DNA of 57,288 nucleotides from an uncultured Hyphomicrobiales bacterium (lineage in GTDB: Bacteria > Pseudomonadota > Alphaproteobacteria > Rhizobiales > Xanthobacteraceae). Below, one piece after another: positions 39,829 to 47,644 of this stretch (within the stretch, counting starts at the first letter, position 1; the number at the start of each line of letters is the position of its first letter). Where the stretch lies: positions 1 through 57,288 of the forward strand of contig CAYJNT010000001.1 in NCBI GenBank assembly GCA_964370945.1, given 5' to 3'. Position numbers and translations under genes: made by a program. The notes beneath the pieces are model-generated. The model was not told the DNA's origin. It made no database searches and was given only the letters and a program-made list of their open reading frames with translations.

Positions 39829-39842
39829 TTGACCAAGGTCAA
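39829..39842. promoter_or_regulatory. FNR/FixK-type box upstream of the pad operon
   Basis: TTGAC-CAAG-GTCAA. Confidence 0.72.
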
Positions 39843-39855
39843 TCCCAGAGCGTTT

Positions 39856-40557
39856 TCAGACCCCTAAATATGATTCCCTGACGCGGTGATCGGCCTGGAT
39901 TTCAGCGGCTGTCCCGCTCAACGTAATTCTGCCGGTCTCCAGGACATATGCGCGGTCCGCGATGGCAAGCGCGGCACTCGCATTCTGTTCGACCAAAAGG
40001 ATCGTCAGATCATCGTCTTTGAGGGCGCGGATCACCGAGAGAACTTGGTCCACCAAATTTGGCGCCAGTCCCATTGACGGCTCGTCCAGTAACAGCAGCC
40101 GGGGCTTTGCCATCAAGGCACGTCCGATCGCGAGCATTTGCTGCTGTCCGCCGGACAGTGCGCCAGCCCGCATTTCCAACATCTCTTCAAGCATCGGGAA
40201 CAGCACACAGACGCGTGCAAGGTTCTGATCCAGACCAGCATCGTAACGCGACCAGGCACCGAGCCTCAGATTGTCTTTTACGGACAAAGGCTCGAACACC
40301 TGTCGGCCTTCCGGCACTTGCGAAATGCCAAGTGCCACCCGCACATGAGCAGGCCGTTGATCGATCGGCTCGTTTTCGAACCGTATGATGCCGCCCGTAA
40401 TTGGCTGAACACCGGAAATAGCGTGCATCAGCGTGGTCTTGCCGGCCCCATTGGCGCCTATCAATGTGACGATCTCTCCCGCCTCGACATGGAGCGTCAC
40501 GCCGTGCAAGACCTCGATGCGGCCATACGCGCTTCTGACGTTTTCAATCGAAAGCAC
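39856..40557 (-). CDS. livF: ABC transporter ATP-binding protein (LivF-like)
   Basis: GANGAGKT, VPEGRQVF, LSGGQQQ, LDEPSMGLAP. Confidence 0.88.
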   Translation of the reverse strand: MLSIENVRSAYGRIEVLHGVTLHVEAGEIVTLIGANGAGKTTLMHAISGVQPITGGIIRFENEPIDQRPAHVRVALGISQVPEGRQVFEPLSVKDNLRLGAWSRYDAGLDQNLARVCVLFPMLEEMLEMRAGALSGGQQQMLAIGRALMAKPRLLLLDEPSMGLAPNLVDQVLSVIRALKDDDLTILLVEQNASAALAIADRAYVLETGRITLSGTAAEIQADHRVRESYLGV

Positions 40558-41332
40558 GAGCCGCTTCCTGCGAACCGTGAACACCCAAATAGGCCTCGAT
40601 CACGTCTGTGTTGGACCGCACTTGCTTGGGAGTGCCTTCGGCGAGCGTCCGGCCGCTTGCCAGGACATGAACCCGGTCGGAGATATTCATCACCAGACGC
40701 ATGTCATGCTCGACCAACACGACGGTGATACCGTCCTTCGCGATGGTGCGGATGACGCGGTCGATGTCCTGGGTTTCAACGGGATTGCAGCCAGCCGCCG
40801 GTTCGTCGAGCAACAGCAGTATAGGCTCGCTGGCCAGCGCGCGCGCAATTTCAAGGCGCTTGAGCGCGCCATAGGCAAGCGAAGCCGCCGGACGATCGGC
40901 TGAATCGGCGAGATCAACGCGAGCAAGCGCCGCGCGGGCCGCCTCGCCAGTCGCTTTGTTCTGGCGCGCGACCGATGGCCAATGCAGCAGATCGGCAAAG
41001 ATCCCGGTTCGCTCATGGCGATGGCGGCCGACCATCACGTTTTCCAACACCGACATCCGTGAAAATATCTGCAAATTCTGAAAAGTTCGCGATAGCCCTC
41101 GCCGCGCGAGCTGGTCGGGAGCAAGGCCCGTTACCGTTTCACCGGCGAACCGAATGCTTCCGCTGTTCGGCGTGTAGATGCCCGACACCAGGTTGAATAA
41201 CGTAGTCTTGCCGGAACCATTCGGCCCGATAATCGAAAACACCTGGCCGGATTCGATTGCGATATTCACACCATTGATGGCCCGCACACCACCGAAAGAA
41301 ATGGACAACTGGTCGGCCTCCAGGATCATCAT
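40544..41332 (-). CDS. livG: ABC transporter ATP-binding protein (LivG-like)
   Basis: GPNGSGKT, RTFQN, LDEPAAG, VEHDM. Confidence 0.88.
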   Translation of the reverse strand: MMILEADQLSISFGGVRAINGVNIAIESGQVFSIIGPNGSGKTTLFNLVSGIYTPNSGSIRFAGETVTGLAPDQLARRGLSRTFQNLQIFSRMSVLENVMVGRHRHERTGIFADLLHWPSVARQNKATGEAARAALARVDLADSADRPAASLAYGALKRLEIARALASEPILLLLDEPAAGCNPVETQDIDRVIRTIAKDGITVVLVEHDMRLVMNISDRVHVLASGRTLAEGTPKQVRSNTDVIEAYLGVHGSQEAARAFD

Positions 41333-42273
41333 TTGCGCCATCCAGCGAACGTTGCCGCAAGCGACGGTACAATGCCCCGACGCAAGAAAATCATGAAAAC
41401 CATCAAGATGAGTCCGAGCAGCGCCTGTTCATATTCGTGGAAGACGGTGAGCGCTTGCGGCAACACGACCAGCACGGCGGCACCTACGAGGGAACCAACG
41501 ATCGACCCCATGCCGCCCAGCACAACCATGGCGACCAATTCGATCGAACGCAGGAATCCCGCCACCTCCGGCGTGACGTGGCCGTTGAACAACGCCAAAT
41601 AGGATCCAGCAACCGAGGCGTACATCGCGGAAATTACGAAGATCGTGAGCTTCTTGCGCGCCACGTCGATGCCAAGCACGAGCGAGGCGATCTCGCTGTC
41701 ATGAATGGCTTGCAGCGCACGGCCAGTCGGGCTCTGCATCAAGTTGAGTGCGAGAACAAATCCGCCGACAAGAGTCGTGCCGGCGATCCAGTACCAGGCG
41801 TCCGATCCACGTACGCTATGACCGAAAAGCACAAGCTTGGGAACGCTCAGGCCATCCGGACCGCCGGTCCACCCCGCCTCGTTGTTCAGTACGATCGCGA
41901 TCAGCAATCCAAATCCGAGCGTCGCGACGGCCAAATAATGTCCCTTGAGCCGAAGAATCGGCCGACCCACCAGGAAAGCGACCGCGCCCGCGAGCGTTGC
42001 GCCGGCGAAAAGGCATAGCCACGAAGGCAGACCAAAATAAACCGGACCGATGACGACGGAATACGCGCCGATGCCGAGAAAGCCAGCGTGACCTAGGCTA
42101 ACCTGCCCGGCAAAGCCCATGAGCAGATTGAGGCCGACGACCGCAAGCGCGAAAATGAAAACAAGCGCACCGATGCGATAGTAGTAAGCCGACGGGAAAA
42201 AATACGGCAAAATCACTACAATTGCCGCGACCGCCATCGCCGACAGTAACCGCGTTTCGAGCAATGTGCGCAA
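41329..42273 (-). CDS. livM: ABC transporter permease (LivM-like)
   Basis: G.AGQ.SLGHAGF, LRL.G.YLA.ATL, VVLGG.G. Confidence 0.88.
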   Translation of the reverse strand: MRTLLETRLLSAMAVAAIVVILPYFFPSAYYYRIGALVFIFALAVVGLNLLMGFAGQVSLGHAGFLGIGAYSVVIGPVYFGLPSWLCLFAGATLAGAVAFLVGRPILRLKGHYLAVATLGFGLLIAIVLNNEAGWTGGPDGLSVPKLVLFGHSVRGSDAWYWIAGTTLVGGFVLALNLMQSPTGRALQAIHDSEIASLVLGIDVARKKLTIFVISAMYASVAGSYLALFNGHVTPEVAGFLRSIELVAMVVLGGMGSIVGSLVGAAVLVVLPQALTVFHEYEQALLGLILMVFMIFLRRGIVPSLAATFAGWRK

Positions 42274-42275
42274 TG

Positions 42276-43148
42276 CTACACCCGCTCGATTTTCGCCCGG
42301 CCGAACAAGCCCTGCGGAATGAAAATCAAGACGATAAGGATGATCAGGAAAGCGACGGCATCTTTATAATTCGAAGACAGATAGCCCGCAGCGAAAGCCT
42401 CAAACATTCCAATCAGAAGACCGCCGATCACGGCTCCGGCAGCGCTGCCGATCCCGCCAAGCATGGCCGCCGCGAATCCCTTGAGCGCGAGCAATGTCCC
42501 GACATCGTAGCTCGTCAGCGAGATGGGTGTGATGAGAACACCGGCGATCGCCCCTATGGCCGCCGATACCGCAAACGAGAAATCGACAATGCGCCGCGTG
42601 TCGACACCGATGAGCCGCGCCGCCAGACGGTTGGCCGCGGTTGCGATCACGGCCTTGCCAAGCAACGTGCGATCGATGAATAGCCAAAGTAAAGTTACAA
42701 TGATCGTGGCACATGCCAGCACGACCAGACTTTGCGGCAAAATTGCTGCGCCGCCGAATTGGATCGGATCGGCGCCGAACAACGAAGGCAAACTGTGGAA
42801 TCGCCGGTCAAAAGCAATCTGGGCTATACCACGCAGGAAGATCGAGGCTCCGATCGTAATCATGATCAACGCCACAGGACTCGCCCCGCGCGCGGGCTCG
42901 ATCGCAAAACGGTGCAGTGCGCATCCTACGGCGGTCGTCGCGATGACGGCAATGAGCGCGGCCAATGGCAACGGAACGCCGGCAAGCGCCAGAAAAACCG
43001 TCGCCATTCCGCCCAGCATGACGAACTCGCCCTGGGCGAAATTGATGATATCCGACGCCTTGTAGATCAAGGTGAAACCGAGAGCGACCAGCGCGTAGAT
43101 GGCGCCCACGGTCAACCCTGAGAAAACGAATTGCAGCAACTCGGCCAT
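42276..43148 (-). CDS. livH: ABC transporter permease (LivH-like)
   Basis: G.IYALVALG.TL, INFAQGE, KGF.AA.LGG. Confidence 0.88.
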   Translation of the reverse strand: MAELLQFVFSGLTVGAIYALVALGFTLIYKASDIINFAQGEFVMLGGMATVFLALAGVPLPLAALIAVIATTAVGCALHRFAIEPARGASPVALIMITIGASIFLRGIAQIAFDRRFHSLPSLFGADPIQFGGAAILPQSLVVLACATIIVTLLWLFIDRTLLGKAVIATAANRLAARLIGVDTRRIVDFSFAVSAAIGAIAGVLITPISLTSYDVGTLLALKGFAAAMLGGIGSAAGAVIGGLLIGMFEAFAAGYLSSNYKDAVAFLIILIVLIFIPQGLFGRAKIERV

Positions 43149-43230
43149 TGCGCCGGACGCCCCGCAAAGGTTGGGTCAATGACAGCAGAGTCGAGCGGCC
43201 AAGTATTGACGAGCCTATCCGGTCGTCATT

Positions 43231-44388
43231 TCACGTGCCGGGAACCAATGTCCAATCGCCGCCCTTGATCTCCAGCACATGAAACGCCGACAGGCTGAGG
43301 CCCATGTGATCGGTCGGCGACATGTTCACGATGCCGCCGGTTCCGATATAGCCTTTGGTACGCTCAATCTCGTCGCGAACTTTCGAACTGTCGGCACTCT
43401 TCGCACGCTGCATAGCCTCCACCAGGATCATGAGGCCATCATAGGCGTGACCACCGAAGGTCGAGACCGCCTGTCCACTTTTTTGCTGATAGGTACGCGA
43501 ATAATTCACGACCACAGGTTTCTGCGGATCGCTGGCCGGAAGCTTGTCGGCAATGAGAAGCGCCGCAGCCGGCAACCGCACGCCTTCGGCAGCGGGACCA
43601 GCGAGTTCGATAAACTGCTTAGAGGCGACGCCGTGGCTCTGGTACAGCGGCAGCGTGATTCCGAGCTGACGATAATTGCGCGTCACGATCGCCGGACCTT
43701 GACCGAAGCCTGTATTGACCACGGCCTGCACGCCCGCCTTATTACGAATATTGGTGAGTTGCGGCGTCATGTCGCTGTCGCGCGGTCCATAGCTCTCCTC
43801 GAGAGCGAGGCTAATTCCCGCCTTGGATGCGACCGCAACACATTGATCGCGCATCGACTTTCCGAATGCATCGGTACCCGAGATCAAAGCGATCGTCGTC
43901 AGCTTGCGGCTCTTGAGATCGGCGAAGATTTTCTCGCACGCCATTTTGTCGGTGTGCGGCGTCTTGAAGACCCATTTGCGGACCGGCTCGACAATCTGAA
44001 TGGCGCCAGCCAAGGAAATGAACGGAATTTTGGCGTCTTCGAAGACCGGAATCATGGCAAGTGTTGCGCCGGTGGTGCTGCCACCGACCATGGCGACGAT
44101 TTTGTCTTCTTCGACCAGACGGGTGGCGAAGGTACGTGCGTTGTCGGCACTGCCGGCGTCATCGTAGATCACCAGTTGCAGCTTTTGGCCGTTTACCCCG
44201 CCTTTGGCATTGATCTCATTGACATACATTTCCAGCGTTTTCTTTTCCGGATCACCGAGAAACGACGCCGGCCCCGTCACCGACAGGACGGCGCCTATTT
44301 TGATTTGGGCGGATGCCTGGTGACTTGCACCGAGCAGGGCAAAGAAGCTGATAGCAGCGATTGCTGTGAAGCGTTGCGGTGCCTTCAT
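43231..44388 (-). CDS. ABC transporter substrate-binding protein (Leu/Ile/Val family; aromatic-acid binding likely from context)
   Basis: Signal peptide (ASA-Q), IKIG.....TG, INAKGG..G, YDD. Confidence 0.88.
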   Translation of the reverse strand: MKAPQRFTAIAAISFFALLGASHQASAQIKIGAVLSVTGPASFLGDPEKKTLEMYVNEINAKGGVNGQKLQLVIYDDAGSADNARTFATRLVEEDKIVAMVGGSTTGATLAMIPVFEDAKIPFISLAGAIQIVEPVRKWVFKTPHTDKMACEKIFADLKSRKLTTIALISGTDAFGKSMRDQCVAVASKAGISLALEESYGPRDSDMTPQLTNIRNKAGVQAVVNTGFGQGPAIVTRNYRQLGITLPLYQSHGVASKQFIELAGPAAEGVRLPAAALLIADKLPASDPQKPVVVNYSRTYQQKSGQAVSTFGGHAYDGLMILVEAMQRAKSADSSKVRDEIERTKGYIGTGGIVNMSPTDHMGLSLSAFHVLEIKGGDWTLVPGT

Positions 44389-44455
44389 CGAACTCCCCTT
44401 TGTGATAGTTTATTATGATTGGAAAAATGCGTATCAGAACGGAAAGAACCGGGCC

Positions 44456-44469
44456 TTGACCGAATTCAA
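44456..44469. promoter_or_regulatory. FNR-type box between ABC operon and DUF2478-mog
   Basis: TTGAC-CGAA-TTCAA. Confidence 0.55.
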
Positions 44470-44540
44470 GGCAAAGGCCGCGCAGCAAAGGGCCTAGTGA
44501 CGACGCGCTAGCGGGGACGCTCTATTCGCCAGGTCATGTG

Positions 44541-45104
44541 ATGATGATAATGGGTACCTTGCGCCTCGCGGCCGTGATCTATGAGGCAGGCCTTCAAATC
44601 GATGACCTCTTGACCCACGTCGCCATTCGACTCCGCGCGGATCACGTAGACTTCGGCGGCGTATTGCAGGAAAATGCAGGCGGCGCCGAAGGCCTTTGCT
44701 CGGCAATGACCCTCATCGACCTCGCGTCGCAGAGCCGTTTCCTAATTTCGCAAGATCTCGGATCCCAGGCCGAAGGATGCCGTCTCGACACGCGGGGACT
44801 CGTCGATATGGCAGCGTTCCTCGATCGGACACTCGATCCGAATTTAGAGCTGATTATCCTGAACAGGTTCGGCAAGGCAGAAGCCGAAGGTGGCGGCCTG
44901 CGCCCGATCTTTGTGCGCGCGATCGATGCTGGCATCCCGATATTGACGGCTGTCAGGCCGCCTTACATCGAGGCATGGTCGGACTTCCACGGCGGCTTTG
45001 CGGTCGATCTCCCATCCGAACTTGATCGCGTGCTCGCCTGGTGCGGAAACGCGGTGCAAGAGTTGCGGATGGCGCGGCGAGCCGAATTGTCGTCGACCGG
45101 CTGA
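44541..45104 (+). CDS. DUF2478 domain protein
   Basis: G..Q, ISQDLG....GCRLD, N.FGK.EAEG.G.R, GIP.LT.V. Confidence 0.82.
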   Translation: MMIMGTLRLAAVIYEAGLQIDDLLTHVAIRLRADHVDFGGVLQENAGGAEGLCSAMTLIDLASQSRFLISQDLGSQAEGCRLDTRGLVDMAAFLDRTLDPNLELIILNRFGKAEAEGGGLRPIFVRAIDAGIPILTAVRPPYIEAWSDFHGGFAVDLPSELDRVLAWCGNAVQELRMARRAELSSTG

Positions 45105-45119
45105 TCATAGGACCTCTCC

Positions 45120-45659
45120 ATGGCAAATAACGAAGCGGTCGCGATCGGCATCGTGACTGTGTCCGACCGGGCAAGCAGCGGCGTTTACCAGGACAGGAGC
45201 GGTCCGGCCATCGAGCGGTTCTTGCAGGAGGTGGTCACGACGCCTTGGCGCGCCGTGCCGCGTCTCGTGCCTGACGGAATAGAAAGCGTGCGAGACGCAT
45301 TGATTGACCTTGCCGATCGCGAAAGCTGCGCGTTGATCTTCACGACCGGCGGCACCGGACCGGCGCCGCGCGACTTGACTCCGGAAGCCACGGTTGCCGC
45401 GTGCACGCGGCTGATGCCGGGATTTGGCGAGATGATGCGCGCCGAGAGCCTGAAACAGGTGCCGACCGCAATTCTGTCCCGGCAGACCGCAGGCATTCGT
45501 GGATCCACCCTCATCGTCAATCTGCCCGGACGCCCAGCCTCAATTCGGTTCACCATGCAGGCGGTGTTTCCAGCAGTCCCCTATTGCCTGGACCTGATCG
45601 GCGCAGCCCGAATAGAAACGGATCCTCTCCGCTGCAAAACGTTCCGGCCGCAACAATAG
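45120..45659 (+). CDS. mog: Molybdopterin adenylyltransferase
   Basis: TVSDRAS.G.Y.D.SG, TTGGTGPAPRD.TPEAT, VPTAILSRQ, NLPG.P. Confidence 0.93.
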   Translation: MANNEAVAIGIVTVSDRASSGVYQDRSGPAIERFLQEVVTTPWRAVPRLVPDGIESVRDALIDLADRESCALIFTTGGTGPAPRDLTPEATVAACTRLMPGFGEMMRAESLKQVPTAILSRQTAGIRGSTLIVNLPGRPASIRFTMQAVFPAVPYCLDLIGAARIETDPLRCKTFRPQQ

Positions 45660-45761
45660 CGCGTCCGAACGATAAGCCTTACGTTGGGTTTATCCGGCAA
45701 ATATGACGCGGCGTTCGGCGCGGCTGCCAGCGCTCTTCTCAGCTTTCCTATTGCGATCTCC

Positions 45762-45775
45762 TTGATGCTAGTCAA
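45762..45775. promoter_or_regulatory. FNR/FixK-type box upstream of transglutaminase-like gene
   Basis: TTGAT-GCTA-GTCAA. Confidence 0.7.
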
Positions 45776-45829
45776 CTAAGCTCTACCGTCCGTCCGTTAA
45801 AAACGCGGCGACCCGAGAAAGGCAGTGCG

Positions 45830-46522
45830 ATGTATATGGCTCAATTCCTCGCTCCAGGCGTCTTCGTCGATAGCGGCTCGTCGCAAGTTACCGCCTTCGC
45901 CACGCGAACGATCGCCGATACCACCGGCTCGCACGCCGCAATCCTGCGGCTTTACGCCATCATCCGCGACACCATTGTCTACGATCCCTATGTCGATTTG
46001 GCAGATCCGGCGAATTATCGCGCCAGCTGCGTTCTTGCTGCCGGACGTGGCTTCTGCATCGGCAAATCCACACTGCTGGCCGCGAGCGCACGCGCCATCG
46101 GCGTCCCGGCGCGCGTCGGTTTTGCCGACGTGCGAAACCATCTCACCTCGAAGCGACTGTATGAAATGGTCAAGACCGATACCTTTATCTGGCATTCCTA
46201 CACCGAACTGTATTTGTCGGGACGCTGGGTCAAGGCGACGCCCGCTTTCGATAGCGCGCTCTGTGAACGGGCCGGCATCAAGCCGCTTGAATTCGATGGC
46301 AAGACCGACTCACTTTTTCAGCCCTTCGATCGGGCCGGCCGCCAGCACATGGAATACCTGCGGGACCGTGGCGCATTCGCAGACGTTCCGTTTGACATGA
46401 TCCAAGCAGATTTTATCGAAATGTATCCGGGTCTGATGAGTAGCCATGGCCTGACCGGCGACTTTCGCTCGGAAGCCGTTGCCCAGGTCATGGAGGCGTC
46501 ACGCACGCGGTCCGCGAAATAG
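45830..46522 (+). CDS. Transglutaminase-like domain protein
   Basis: RD...YDPY, G.C..K, G.PAR..FADV.NHL, WH.Y.E, W.KATP.F. Confidence 0.85.
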   Translation: MYMAQFLAPGVFVDSGSSQVTAFATRTIADTTGSHAAILRLYAIIRDTIVYDPYVDLADPANYRASCVLAAGRGFCIGKSTLLAASARAIGVPARVGFADVRNHLTSKRLYEMVKTDTFIWHSYTELYLSGRWVKATPAFDSALCERAGIKPLEFDGKTDSLFQPFDRAGRQHMEYLRDRGAFADVPFDMIQADFIEMYPGLMSSHGLTGDFRSEAVAQVMEASRTRSAK

Positions 46523-46538
46523 CGCGACAGTGTAGCGT

Positions 46539-47561
46539 TCAGTTCACCAGCTTGCGGCCGGTTACGCGCTCGAGATTCTTGTAAAAAATCTTGTCGCTGG
46601 TTTCCTTATCGAGATTGAGCGACTCGAGAATGCGCAAGGTTTCGCGCGGATATATCGCGCCGTTTTCGGGGTCGAACGGACAATCGGAGGCGAACACGAT
46701 CTTGTCGGCCGGAAAGAACGCCAGACCGCATTGGGTGGCGGGCGTCGCTCCGAACACCGCGGTATCGGCATAAAAATCCTGCTTGAAATAATCAAGCGGG
46801 CGCTTCTTCAAACTTTTGCGCAGCGCCACGTAGTCCTCGTCGGTCGTGCGCGAGCCGAGCACGTCCCAGCCCGGGCCAATGCGGCCTTCCAGCATCGGTA
46901 CGATGCCGGCAAAATGATGCGTGATGATCTTCAGGTCGGGGTGATTGTCCATGATCCTGGAAAAGACCAGCCGTGCCATCGCGGCCGCGGTCTCGTACGA
47001 CCAGCCGAAAGTCCACCAGATTTCGTATAGCGATTTTTTCTCGTCGTAGTAATCCGGCATGCTGGCGCCGCGGGCCGGGTGCAGCCAGATCGGCTTGCCG
47101 AGCTCGTTCATTTTCTTCCAGAACGGCAGATATTGCGGCCGGTCAATCGGCTTGCCGGCAACATTGGTATAGATCTGCACGCCGAGCGCGCCGAGCTGAT
47201 TGATGGCACGTTCGGCCTCGGCGACCCCGGCGTCGGCCGCATCGAGCGATATCTGCGCAATCCAACCCGGGAAATGATCGCGCTCCTTCGCACACAATTC
47301 GGCAAAGCCGTCATTGATCATACGGATGAATTCGTCGATCTGTTGCGTGCTCTTGGCGATGCTTTCGACCGGCGGCTGCGGATAGGCGAGGATCTGCGCA
47401 TAGTCCTTGTGGCTATCGATAATCTTCTTTCGCGCGTCGAGGTTGTGCAGCGATGGGATCGCACGCACGCGCTTGCCCATGTCCTTATATTCACCGGCCA
47501 CTTCGAGCATCTTGCTGAAGAAGTTCTCCGGAAAGAAATGCGTATAGGCATCAATCCGCAT
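46539..47561 (-). CDS. Amidohydrolase_2 family protein (aromatic decarboxylase/hydratase-like)
   Basis: IDAYTH, GALGVQI.TN, PIWLHP, ITHH, FASD.PF. Confidence 0.85.
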   Translation of the reverse strand: MRIDAYTHFFPENFFSKMLEVAGEYKDMGKRVRAIPSLHNLDARKKIIDSHKDYAQILAYPQPPVESIAKSTQQIDEFIRMINDGFAELCAKERDHFPGWIAQISLDAADAGVAEAERAINQLGALGVQIYTNVAGKPIDRPQYLPFWKKMNELGKPIWLHPARGASMPDYYDEKKSLYEIWWTFGWSYETAAAMARLVFSRIMDNHPDLKIITHHFAGIVPMLEGRIGPGWDVLGSRTTDEDYVALRKSLKKRPLDYFKQDFYADTAVFGATPATQCGLAFFPADKIVFASDCPFDPENGAIYPRETLRILESLNLDKETSDKIFYKNLERVTGRKLVN

Positions 47562-47563
47562 AT

Positions 47564-47638
47564 GGAGTCCTTGAGGCCGGAGTCCTTGAGGCCGGAGTCC
47601 TTGAGGCCGGAGTCCTTGAGGCTGGAGTCCTTGAAGCT
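47564..47638. repeat. 15-bp tandem repeat, 5 copies (GGAGTCCTTGAGGCC)
   Basis: Three exact and two degenerate units fill the intergenic gap; each contains AAGGA on the coding strand. Confidence 0.92.
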
Positions 47639-47644
47639 GAGGTC

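Noticed and set aside
47564-47638. Possible CRISPR array or (ESLRP)n / (ASRTP)n peptide gene
   Set aside because: No spacers and no cas genes; the peptide repeats are just translations of the intergenic tandem repeat
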